From Octopus sinensis (lineage: Eukaryota), in assembly GCF_006345805.1 (NCBI RefSeq), contig NC_042999.1, positions 27,218,001 to 27,282,000 on the forward strand: a stretch of 64,000 nt of DNA. The letters run 5' to 3'. Below are positions 25,141 through 36,261 of this stretch, one piece after another. A program made the translations under genes and the position numbers. Numbering within the stretch: the stretch's first letter is position 1; every line of letters begins with the position of its first letter. Below the pieces are notes generated by a model. That model did no database searches. It saw nothing but the letters and a program-made list of their open reading frames with translations, and was not told where the DNA came from.

Positions 25141-25845
25141 CAATTATATGAACTGAAATAGAATTAAGAGGAATTAAATTCATTATTTTGAATAGTTAAA
25201 GAGATTCAAAGACAAACCGGTGTTGTCATTGCTTCTCACTGGCTTTCAATGCTTGCCAATTACCAGATGGTGTCGGGTCTACTAGTCCCTGAGTAAAACG
25301 ATTCGGTAAAAGAGGTAAGTAGTTCTGGAAGTGGTGCAATTAGGGTCGATATAATACTGTAATATGAATGGTATAAGGAATATATGGGTGTTAGTGGCAT
25401 TATTGTTCTGTATTTTTTTTCTGTTAATGTTAAGTTGTGGATGATATTTATTGATGAAAGTTGCTTCTTTATTCATTCTTTGCTGTACTGAGGTGTTCTA
25501 TCAATGTTCACGGAACACCTCAGTACAGCAAAGAATGAATAGAGAGGAGCAACTTTCATAAATAAATATCAACCTCAACATGAACACAACATACTACAGA
25601 ACACTACTAACCTTACCAATAATGCCATTAACATCCATACATTCCTTATACCATTCATATTACAGTTTATAACAACTACTTACCTCCCTTACACAATCTT
25701 TTTACTCAGGGACTAGTAGACGCGACAGTGTTTGATAATTGGTACGCATTCAAAGTCAGCAAACAGCAATGACGACACCGATTCAAAATAATGAATTTAA
25801 TTCCTCGTAATTATTCCTCAGTTCATCAAATTGTATTTATTTATC
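25141..25845. repeat. ~700-bp foldback made of two inverted PLE 3' ends
   Basis: Perfect inner arms ttcattctttgctgtactgaggtgttc / gaacacctcagtacagcaaagaatgaa; the left arm encodes KEATFINKYHPQLN, resembling a GIY-YIG C-terminus. Confidence 0.7.
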
Positions 25846-26103
25846 GATACTTTTCATTAAAAAAAATCATTATTTTTGGGATATTCTATGAGCATTTTCG
25901 TTTTTTTTTCTTACTTTCCCCATATATTTTCCACCTGTTTTCTCTTTGAAACATATTTCTACACACACACAAATATATATAATCGGCAGTTTATATTTGC
26001 TGCCGATAAGTTTGGCGCGAATGCGTTGGTCTTGAAAATTTTAAGACAGATATTCCCGAGGCATTGATACAGTCGCCTCGTGTATATCCGTCTCTCCCAG
26101 GTT

Positions 26104-26204
26104 TCTTTTACTGATGAAGTGTGACCTATGGTAGACTAGCTTAATTTAATTTAATTAAGCTGGTCTATCATTAAAGACACTGAAACGATGCATCGTATAA
26201 AAGA
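26104..26204 (+). ncRNA. Type I hammerhead ribozyme, copy 1
   Basis: Stem I tctttta/taaaaga; CUGAUGA 26111-26117; stem II agtgt/acact plus 19-bp hairpin; GAAA; stem III palindrome ACGAUGCAUCGU; predicted cleavage after GUA at 26197. Confidence 0.9.
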
Positions 26205-26578
26205 TGAATTAGGGTAAATGTTTTTAAATTTTCACCTTATTTCCGAATTACACTACTTGGCGGTTGGAGTTCTGGCTGCTCTTTCTGGTGGACGAATGGC
26301 CTGTTTAGGCCATTCCTAAATTGTTATATTTATACATATTTAGTCTTTGACTATTTTCTCTTTTCCACTAGGCCGCTGGTAGCGATAAATTTTTACTGAA
26401 TTTTTTGCTACCCTAAATTGATTAATTGATAATTTTCTGACTAATTCTGAGATGGAATCGGCAGTTTATATTTGCTGCCGATAAGTTTGGCGCGAATGCG
26501 TTGGTCTTGAAAATTTTAAGACAGATATTCCCGAGGCATTGATACAGTCGCCTCGTGTATATCCGTCTCTCCCAGGTT

Positions 26579-26679
26579 TCTTTTACTGATGAAGTGTGAC
26601 CTATGGTAGACTAGCTTAATTTAATTTAATTAAGCTGGTCTATCATTAAAGACACTGAAACGATGCATCGTATAAAAGA
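26579..26679 (+). ncRNA. Type I hammerhead ribozyme, copy 2
   Basis: Identical motif; predicted cleavage after 26672. Confidence 0.9.
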
Positions 26680-27052
26680 TGAATTAGGGTAAATGTTTTT
26701 AAATTTTCACCTTATTTCCGAATTACACTACTTGGCGGTTGGAGTTCTGGCTGCTCTTTCTGGTGGACGAATGGCCTGTTTAGGCCATTCCTAAATTGTT
26801 ATTTTATACATATTTAGTCTTTGACTATTTTCTCTTTTCCACTAGGCCGCTGGTAGCGATAAATTTTTACTGAATTTTTTGCTACCCTAAATTGATTAAT
26901 TGATAATTTTCTGACTAATTCTGAGATGGAATCGGCAGTTTATATTTGCTGCCGATAAGTTTGGCGCGAATGCGTTGGTCTTGAAAATTTTAAGACAGAT
27001 ATTCCCGAGGCATTGATACAGTCGCCTCGTGTATATCCGTCTCTCCCAGGTT

Positions 27053-27153
27053 TCTTTTACTGATGAAGTGTGACCTATGGTAGACTAGCTTAATTTAATT
27101 TAATTAAGCTGGTCTATCATTAAAGACACTGAAACGATGCATCGTATAAAAGA
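27053..27153 (+). ncRNA. Type I hammerhead ribozyme, copy 3
   Basis: Identical motif; predicted cleavage after 27146. Confidence 0.9.
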
Positions 27154-27527
27154 TGAATTAGGGTAAATGTTTTTAAATTTTCACCTTATTTCCGAATTAC
27201 ACTACTTGGCGGTTGGAGTTCTGGCTGCTCTTTCTGGTGGACGAATGGCCTGTTTAGGCCATTCCTAAATTGTTATATTTATACATATTTAGTCTTTGAC
27301 TATTTTCTCTTTTCCACTAGGCCGCTGGTAGCGATAAATTTTTACTGAATTTTTTGCTACCCTAAATTGATTAATTGATAATTTTCTGACTAATTCTGAG
27401 ATGGAATCGGCAGTTTATATTTGCTGCCGATAAGTTTGGCGCGAATGCGTTGGTCTTGAAAATTTTAAGACAGATATTCCCGAGGCATTGATACAGTCGC
27501 CTCGTGTATATCCGTCTCTCCCAGGTT

Positions 27528-27628
27528 TCTTTTACTGATGAAGTGTGACCTATGGTAGACTAGCTTAATTTAATTTAATTAAGCTGGTCTATCATTAAAG
27601 ACACTGAAACGATGCATCGTATAAAAGA
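27528..27628 (+). ncRNA. Type I hammerhead ribozyme, copy 4
   Basis: Identical motif; predicted cleavage after 27621. Confidence 0.9.
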
Positions 27629-27869
27629 TGAATTAGGGTAAATGTTTTTAAATTTTCACCTTATTTCCGAATTACACTACTTGGCGGTTGGAGTTCTGGT
27701 TGCTCTTTCTGGTGGACGAATGGCCTGTTTAGGCCATTCCTAAATTGTTATATTTATACATATTTAGTCTTTGACTATTTTCTCTTTTCCACTAGGCCGC
27801 TGGTAGCGATAAATTTTTACTGAATTTTTTGATACCCTAAATTGATTAATATATAAATATATATATATA

Positions 27870-28063
27870 TTTCTTTACTGCCCACAAGGGGCTAAACATA
27901 GAGGGGACAGACAAAGGGATTAAGTTGATTACATCAACCCCAGTGCTTAACTGGTGCTTAATTTATCGACCCCGAAAGGATGAAAGGCAAAGTCGACCTT
28001 GGCGGAATTTGAACTCAGAACGTAACGACAGACGAAATACCGCTAAGCATTTCGCCCAGCGCC
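27870..28063 (-). mobile_element. SINE family S1
   Basis: Reverse complement of the 19730 family, with TA tail. Confidence 0.88.
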
Positions 28064-28066
28064 GTG

Positions 28067-28147
<81 letters not shown>

Positions 28148-29224
28148 CCGTGACCGTATAGATATCTACGATTGTACTATATCTGTGTTTCTTAGTCTTC
28201 AATCACATTGCTCACACTTCCTTAACCAACACCCCCTGGTCCGCCTCCGCAAAACAACCTCCTTCACTTATCAAGTTCTTTCCCACATTCGACCACTAGC
28301 AATCAGTACCAAAATCCTGCTCACACTCTCATTGTCGACTTTTCCACTAAGATTATACTCGTCATTTGTCAATGACTATTCATATATCACTATCACCAAT
28401 AGAATTTATTAAGGTATCCTCCACCTTTACCGTTTTGTCACTGTGCACACTTCATCTTCTCCACCACCAAAGTCTTTCCTACCATTTGTGAACTTACAAA
28501 TCTCTCCGCCTGCCTAGTTTTCCATTTAATCAACCGAATCACACACTCTTCTCCAACCCCTGTCACAGCTGTTGGGCCAAACAATATATGTTTTCTTTAA
28601 TTCACGGTTATAAATTCAAAATATTGCCTCTCAGATATTTAGCTCTGATTTTATTCATTCTAAGCGACCTGTCAAGATCACAAGTTCATTCCCGTATCTG
28701 TATGCGTGCGTATATGTGTGTGTCTGTCTGTGTGTGTGGCTTCACACAAACATAACATATACACACAAATATACATAGAGAGAGATAGAGGAGGAATTGA
28801 GAGAGAGTGGAACAGACAGAGAAAGAAAAAGTGAGAGTACCTGAGAGAAAAAGACGTATGCTATTATGTGAGATATATATATTGTTTTTATCTTCATGTG
28901 GTATATATTAAAAAAGTTTAACATTTAAGGAATTATTAGACAAAAGAATTTCTGGTTACGATCAGTACGAAAAGTCAGATGTTACATTCGATAAATATAC
29001 ACTGTAAACTTATATACATATGCGTTGGTGTAGTTGTGTGTCAACAGCATGGTCTCGGGTTCAGCCTCACTGCATGTCTCATACTATAGCCTCTGGCCGA
29101 TCAAGGTTTTATGGGTGGATTTGGCAGACAAAACTGAAACTAGTCATGTGTGCGTGCGCCGCGCGTGTTTTTGTGCACATGTCTGTTTGTGTGTGCGTTT
29201 CTTCTTTATTTTGTTTTCATATCT

Positions 29225-29643
29225 AGGCACAGGAGTGGCTGTGTGGTAAGTAGCTTGCTAACCAACCACATGGTTCCGGGTTCAGTCCCAATGCGTGGCA
29301 TCTTGGGCAAGTGTCTTCTGCTATAGCCCTGGGCCGACCAATGCCTTGTGAGTGGATTTGGTAGACGGAAACTGAAAGAAGCCTGTCGTATATATGTATA
29401 TATATGTATATATATATGTGTATGTGTGTGCGTTTGTGTGTGTTTGTCCCCCTAAGCATTGCTTGACAACCGATGCTGGTGTGTTTATGTCCCCGTTACT
29501 TAGCGGTTCGGCAAAAAGAGACCGATAGAATAAGTACTGGGCTTACAAAAGAATAAGTCCCGGGGTCGAGTTGCTCGATTAAAGGCGGTGCTCCAGCATG
29601 GCCGCAGTCAAATGACTGAAACAAGTAAAAGAGTAAAAGAGAG
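29225..29643 (+). mobile_element. Full-length SINE family S2
   Basis: A/B-box-like tRNA head (gtggctgtgtgg..gggttcagtccc), internal microsatellite, aaaagag tail repeats. Confidence 0.9.
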
Positions 29644-29844
29644 TATGTATGTGTGACTTAGTGTGTGTCTTGAAAACCGTGTTGGTTTGTTTACGCCTCT
29701 GCAATTTACTGAAACCACAAAAGATTCCTATAGAATAAGTACAGGGCTTGCAATTAGTGAATTGGGGACAATTTGTTCGACTAAACACTTCAATGTTACA
29801 CCCCAGCACGACCGCTGTAAAAAGAACAAGAGTAGAACATATAC

Positions 29845-30204
29845 CGCAGGCGTGGCTGTGTGTTAAGAAACTTGCCTCCCAACCACATGGTTCCGGTTTC
29901 AGACCCACTGCGTGACAACTTGGACAAGTGTCTTCTACTATAGCCTAGGGCTGACCAGAGCCTTGTGAGTGGATTTGGTAGGCGGAAACTGAAAATAGCT
30001 TGTCGTGTATATATATAGGGATAGTTTACGAAAAAAACAAAAGACGAAGACAGGTGGTGTAGAAAATAAAGAGGTGTATCAGTATAAAGCTCAGGAATAG
30101 AAAAAGTCTTATGCATTTCGAGTCTACACTCTTCTACAGAAAGGTACACAGAAGAAACGAGGAGAGAAAAAAAGGAGAGAAAAAAAGAGAGAAAAAAGGA
30201 GAGA

Positions 30205-30235
<31 letters not shown>

Positions 30236-30475
30236 AATATGTGTGAGTGTGTGTGTATGTTTGTGTATGTGTGCGTCTGTGTATATATTTATGTGCGTAT
30301 ATGTGTTTGTCCCCCACCCACGCCATTGCTTGACAACCGATGCTAGTGTGTTTACGTCCCTGCAACAAAGCGGTTCGGCAAAATGAACCGATAGAATAAT
30401 TATTACGCTTGCAATCAATAAGTTCTGCATGGCCGCAGTAAAAAATAATTGAAGCAAATAAAAGAATAAAAGAAT
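29845..30475 (+). mobile_element. SINE S2 interrupted in its internal microsatellite by the ~190-bp repeat (30015-30205)
   Basis: Head/body 29845-30010, insert, 3' half 30300-30475. Confidence 0.8.
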
Positions 30476-31123
30476 GTGTGTATGCGCGCGCGCGCGTCTT
30501 TGGAGAGGTAAATACGAGGTTACATACATACACATATAGAAATGCAGATACATTTAGACATACGCACATAGAGACATATACAAATATGTGCATACATAAA
30601 CACACACATATACGAAAATACGTACATGTGTGTGTGTGTGTGTGTGTGTGTACAGTTGTCTATGCCTGTGGGTGTCTGATTAGTTTGGTGTATCTGCCAT
30701 TGTCTGTGCCTAGGTCTGTAAGATATATTTAACGATCAAGGTGAGAGAAAAGTCACACAGAAGCCATTGAACTAAACTTCGACTAAATCGGGAACTGTCA
30801 AGAAATTGAGAAATGTTACAAATTCAATAAAATTTATTGTTTTAGACAATAGAAATAGGTCCACTTTGGTCTTAGGTTAAGCAATAAGACGAGAGATACG
30901 AGAAGGTTAAACAAGTCTGATAACATATAAATGTATATGATCATCATTTTAACGCTTATAGTAGAAACAACCAAGAAATTGTGAATAGGATTGGATTTTA
31001 CCAGATAAATATACTCCACTGATTCTGAAGTGTATACTTTCTCTTGTTTGTGATACCTGGGTCATATGTACATATGTATATATATATATGTATGTATGTG
31101 TGTGTGCGTGCGTGTATATATAT

Positions 31124-31155
<32 letters not shown>

Positions 31156-31210
31156 GATATAGATATATATAAAGGTATATAGATATAAATGTATATATAC
31201 ATTTATGTAG

Positions 31211-31248
<38 letters not shown>

Positions 31249-31258
31249 CTGTGTGTGT

Positions 31259-31333
<75 letters not shown>

Positions 31334-31578
31334 CGTGTATAACTTTCTGAACTTTCTGAACTTTTATTCCTTTTATCAAAGAGCGTAGCGTCAGAGAGTA
31401 AAAGACTTTTGCATTTTTAATGAAGGTAAAACTATTATACTTGCTTGCTGTTCTTACAACTGTTTTGTCTTTGCTTTTCTATACATATTTTCATAAGTAT
31501 AACATGTATATGCGTATGTATGTATGTATGTATGTATGTATGTATGTATGTATGTATGTATGTATCTATCTATCTATC

Positions 31579-31625
<47 letters not shown>

Positions 31626-32012
31626 GTGTGAGTGAAACAGAGCTTATATGCATTATCAAATGTACTAGATTGATATCTACATCTATGAAACTTGAATTCT
31701 GGTAGGGTTGCGTTAACCTGTTCATAAATACATTTAACTTGCGCACTAAAAGCTTTGTGCTTTTATCCATTCATTGTACACCTACTTATATACATACATA
31801 TCTGTGTATATGTATATACCACTGTGTGTGTACACACACACGCACACACACGCACACACACGCGCACACACACACACACATATCTATATATATATATAGA
31901 ACCCTCTGCGTGGCATCTTGGGTAAGTTTCTAATATAGCTTCGGGTCAACCAAAGCATTGTGAGTGGATTTGGTAGGCGGAAACTAAAAGAAGCCTGTTG
32001 TATATACGTACA

Positions 32013-32204
32013 TACATGGTATTGCTGAAAAGTTCCTGGCTTTAAAAGTATCGTGAGATCCAACCTTCCGAGTTCTTTTGCCGGGCTTACAAAGTGTGAT
32101 TGACTGCTACAATAAGTGTGTGAATCTGAGGGGGGAATATGTTGAATTAACAGATGATATATTTTTTCTTACCGAGAGCCTGGAAATTTTCAGCACACTT
32201 TCGC
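32013..32204 (+). mobile_element. Small mariner deletion derivative
   Basis: TIR-like tgctgaaaagttcctggct / agcctggaaattttcagca; internal CYNKCVNLRGEYVE resembles a mariner transposase C-terminus. Confidence 0.7.
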
Positions 32205-32471
32205 ATATATAATTCATACATGCGTGTGAGTATGTGTGGTTGGGGTGTACATATTTGGAAGTATTCTAATATACAACAACATTCAAATGAACTCAAAAGG
32301 ATGATTGTTTAAAACATTGCTCCCTTCATGACAGTATTACGACAGTTTAGTTCCTATTTATATGGATATACACTATAAAGAGTTTCTCACAAGCACAAAG
32401 ATCGCATCATACGTGCTACGAGTGTGTAAGTGAAAGGTTTGTCGTGTTGATCTAGCTTATACTTGGTGAGA

Positions 32472-33045
32472 GTCGAGGCGCGTGGCTTAGTGGTTAGCGC
32501 GTTGGACTGATAATTGTTGTTGTTGTTTTTTCATTCTCGAGCCATGCCTCTCTCATAGGGGCCAGTTTCCCGGTTTCTTGGCGTATAGGTTCCTCACCTG
32601 GACGGGACGCTGGTTCGTCGCAGGTGAGCTGCAAGATGCAGGAGGAAAGAGTGAGAGAAAGTTGTGGCGAAAGAGTCAGCAGAAGTTCGCCATTACCTTC
32701 TGTCGGAGCCGCATGGAGCTTAGGTGTTTCGCTCATAAACACACACATCGTCCGGTCTGAGATTTGAACCCGCGATCCCTCGACCGCGAGTCTGCTGCTC
32801 TAATCACTTGGCCATGTGTCTCCACGAACTGATGATTGCAAGAATGTGGTTTCGATAAATGGACCGGGCGACGCGTTGTGTTCTTGATGAAAGAACTTCA
32901 TTTCTCGTTGCTCCAGTCCACTCAGCTGGCACAAATAAGTAATTCCACGTGGGACCGGTGTCCCGTCCATGTGGGGAATATACACACCATGGAAACAGAG
33001 AAGCCGGCCTTTATGAGTCGGCATGGCACGAGAAGGAAACTTTAC
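32472..33045 (+). mobile_element. tRNA-headed SINE with CORE-like body, interrupted by a nested SINE
   Basis: Head gcgcgtggcttagtggttagcgcgttggac resumes at ~32826; tail cccgtcca..ggggaa..gccggcctttatgag. Confidence 0.7.
32517..32825 (-). mobile_element. Nested SINE with S3 head/body and an alternative tail
   Basis: TSD-like ggactgataattg (32504-32516) / gaactgatgattg (32826-32838). Confidence 0.8.
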
Positions 33046-33315
33046 TTGTTACCTTTATACTCGATGAGACATTTCACTATTTCCAGAGACTTCATATACA
33101 ACAAAATCGGAAGACGGCTTTCTCTTTAGACCTCATCCAAATTTTTCTTTGACAAAGACCTTCAATGTTTGTTTTTTATCCACTAGCAGTCAGTATTATC
33201 ACTCTACACAGCACCAAATAAAGTATAGCCCTATTTAATGACCCTTAAAAAGAATCACCGGTTAGTACTGTCTCTATTTTAGTATCAACTGATCTATATT
33301 TCCTCGCTATATATT

Positions 33316-33700
33316 AAACTAGCAGTATCGCCCGGCGTTGCTTGGATTTGTAAGGGAAATAACTATATAAGCATTTTTAGAGAGTTATAGCCAAAAAATA
33401 GCAAAGAAATGCATTAAAAATGGAAAAAAAATATGGTAATTTTTTTTTTAAATCGTTGACTCATCGTAGACATTTTTAGAGAGTTACCTCTCTTATATAA
33501 TAGCGAAAAAATGCATTAAAATGGAAAAAAAATGATGGTAATTTTTTTTTAAATCGTAGACGCGCGCTAATACCCAGAAGGGCTCGATATGAATCACGAC
33601 TATAAGATACCCGGTTTTGGTTAAACTGCGCCACAAAATGTGGGAGTAGTTAGGAATCTAAATCGTAGGAGACAGACACACAACTTCACTTTTACATATT
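33316..33700 (+). mobile_element. Non-autonomous Helitron/Helentron-like element
   Basis: Starts actagcagtatcgcccggcgttg, internal duplication, ends acagacacac..cttttacatatt; termini resemble invertebrate HINE/Lep1-like repeats. Confidence 0.55.
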
Positions 33701-34289
33701 AAATTTTTAAGAGTTATTGTCTTCTCTGCTACTTCACTAGAAATACTACATATCAGCTAAACTGTATTGAGTTGAAACATCTTTTAAATAAGCGAGAGTT
33801 TATATTAAATGATTTAGCATAGAGACAAAGCATCATAAATCAATGTAATTCTTGTATTTTCCCATTGGAATAAAAAATATATTTTACTTCCATGCTAGAC
33901 AGCCGGAAGACATATATTCAATACTTTTTGTGCCGTTTCTTTTAAACACTAAGTCATACTTTGAACTTTTAGAAAGTATCAATTGAATTAGTTATCATTT
34001 ACAAACAAAGCATATGAAAGACAATTTTTTTCATTCATTTCATTTACTTTAATTATGAAGAATGAATCCGATGGTATCAGGCTTACCATATTTTTCTCCT
34101 TTATTTGTTATTGACAAAGGCCTTGCTGAGATTCGTCTTGACAGGTTGTTCGAATAGAACAAATCAACAACCAGCACATAATTTTCTTAAATTTTGGCAC
34201 TTATGTTGTCCGTTCATTGGGTTACAGGAATGTGAACAAGCTACCGTCACCGCTTGTGATGTGGCGCTGGGAACAAATATAGACACAAA

Positions 34290-34465
34290 CACAAGGGCTT
34301 CCATATAGTTTCTGTCTACCAAATACCAAATCACACTCACAAGATATAGGTTTGTGTGGGCCTTAAGTGGAAAGCAATTGCACAAGATGCCTCACAGTGA
34401 GACTGGACCCAATACGGCGTCGTTACGAAGCGGGTTTCTTAACCACGCAGCTATGCTTGTAGCTA
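34290..34465 (-). mobile_element. Decayed SINE S2 5' part
   Basis: Reverse complement has the tRNA-like head and body of S2. Confidence 0.6.
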
Positions 34466-34469
34466 TGGG

Positions 34470-34488
34470 TAATAACAACAACAACAAC

Positions 34489-34534
<46 letters not shown>

Positions 34535-34607
34535 TTAATACTAATAATGTTAATAATAATAATAATAACAACAACAACAACAGTAATAATAATAATAATA
34601 ATAATAA

Positions 34608-34652
<45 letters not shown>

Positions 34653-34770
34653 GAAGAGAAGAAGAAGAAGAGAAGAAGAAGAAGAAGAAGAAGAAGAAGA
34701 AGAATAGCAATAGAAACAATGATAATGATAAGGAGGAGGAGGAAGAAAAATAAGATGAAGAAGAAGAGGC
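34470..34770. repeat. Compound (AAT)n/(GAA)n microsatellite
   Basis: Direct. Confidence 0.95.
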
Positions 34771-35365
34771 GGAGGGAGAGGGGGAAGAGGAGACACAGGA
34801 TGAAAAGTATAATAGTGATAATAGCATTAAAAATAATAACGGAAATTGTTTTGATGGTAATACTTGATAATTCTAAAGTATACGCAATTGGTAAATATAC
34901 CCTTATTCAAATATAGAATCTGACAACTAACAATCTATCCACTCATTCTTGTTTGAATTCTCATGTGAATCAACAGGTGTATTTGTACGTTTTAGTAACT
35001 GTTGTCGTTGTCATTTTTGACCCTTATTCTGCCTATGTAAATGTTTGGCCTGATAAGGTGTACAAAAATGTCATATACCACACACAGTCAGATGTATGCA
35101 AGGGAATTTTCTGATACAAAACCCCAAGAGTATCTAGGTTGAATTTCCTTCCTCTCACATTGTACATCATATTTTTACGTTTTTCCTTTGTTGAAACTTG
35201 TCAAATTATGCCACATATAAGTCGACAAGTTTCAGACTGTAGACAAAGTAGAATGCACAAAGCATCATATGTAAAGTCAGTGTGAGACATCAAACTGCTT
35301 TCTGTCATGGCTGAGGTTTCGAAATAAGTTTGATCATGCTTTGCAAGAAAATTGTAACAGTAAAA

Positions 35366-35698
35366 TTCTGTTGTGTCTGGGGAGAGTCATTTTCTTTTTG
35401 TGCCTTATAACGTAACACACTCACCGGTAAAATTTCCACTTATTTCTTATTTTTATTTTCCTAACATTTTTATTTTCCTTGAAGAGTCAAGACTATTGAA
35501 AATGTTGCAAGATGCAACGAAAATTTTAGGAACCTTTTCAATAGTCTTGACTTTTGAAGAGTCAAGACTATTGAAAATGTTGCAAGACGGAACGAAAATT
35601 TTAGGAAAATAAAAATAAGAAATAAGTGGAAATTTTACCGGTGAGTGTGTTACATTGTACGGCAAAAAAAGAAAACGACTCTCCCCAGACAAAACAGA
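35366..35698. repeat. Foldback element with ~95-bp terminal inverted repeats and internal ~55-bp duplication
   Basis: tgtctggggagagtc..aaaatttccacttatttcttatttttattttcc mirrored at the right end. Confidence 0.85.
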
Positions 35699-36227
35699 GC
35701 TTCAACACACGAACTCATATAAAGAATCTTGCAAACCAAATCCAAAAACGAAGTAACAGTAAAATATTTCTATTTATTAAAATCTAATAAAATACAACAA
35801 AAGTAATTCGGAAAGCTGCTAAACATTTTTAAAAGCGTCACTAATATGAAAAGTTTATAAAAACTCGCAAACATATCAGTAGACTACCTGCGGTACAAGA
35901 GAATGGTAAAAGTCTGCATAATTTATTGTTAATTTCTGTTATTGTGATTTCTAATTGTTAATTTTTCATTGTTCGTTAGAGATTTCTCTCAGGATCTAAA
36001 GACTTTGGCCTGTTTATATTTTATGGTCTGCATATTTTGTAATTAATTATAAATTATTTAACATTGAATTAAATGTGTTGGTGTACATAATTTTTAATGT
36101 TCTATGTTGCGTTGTCTTGTATAATTAATAACGAAAATTGGTTGACGAGCCACGTGATTGTGGTGTTTGCAGTAGTAGTAGTAGTAGTAGCAGCAGCAGT
36201 AGAAGTAGTAGTAGTAGTATAGTAGTA

Positions 36228-36261
<34 letters not shown>

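Larger units (their letters stand above)
25981..27850 (+). repeat. Tandem array of ~3.9 near-identical 475-bp units, each with a hammerhead ribozyme (retrozyme-like)
   Basis: Units start at 25981, 26456, 26930, 27405 (475/474/475 bp); flanked by short (TA)n. Confidence 0.97.

Noticed and set aside
25280-25305. Possible hammerhead remnant in the foldback arms (ggg..ccc-gacacc)
   Set aside because: Both core segments are missing or mutated; too speculative
25981-27850. CRISPR-like or protein-coding interpretation of the array
   Set aside because: Units are contiguous and identical with no unique spacers, the DNA is eukaryotic, and the only listed ORF overlapping it is a short 63-aa frame without homology cues
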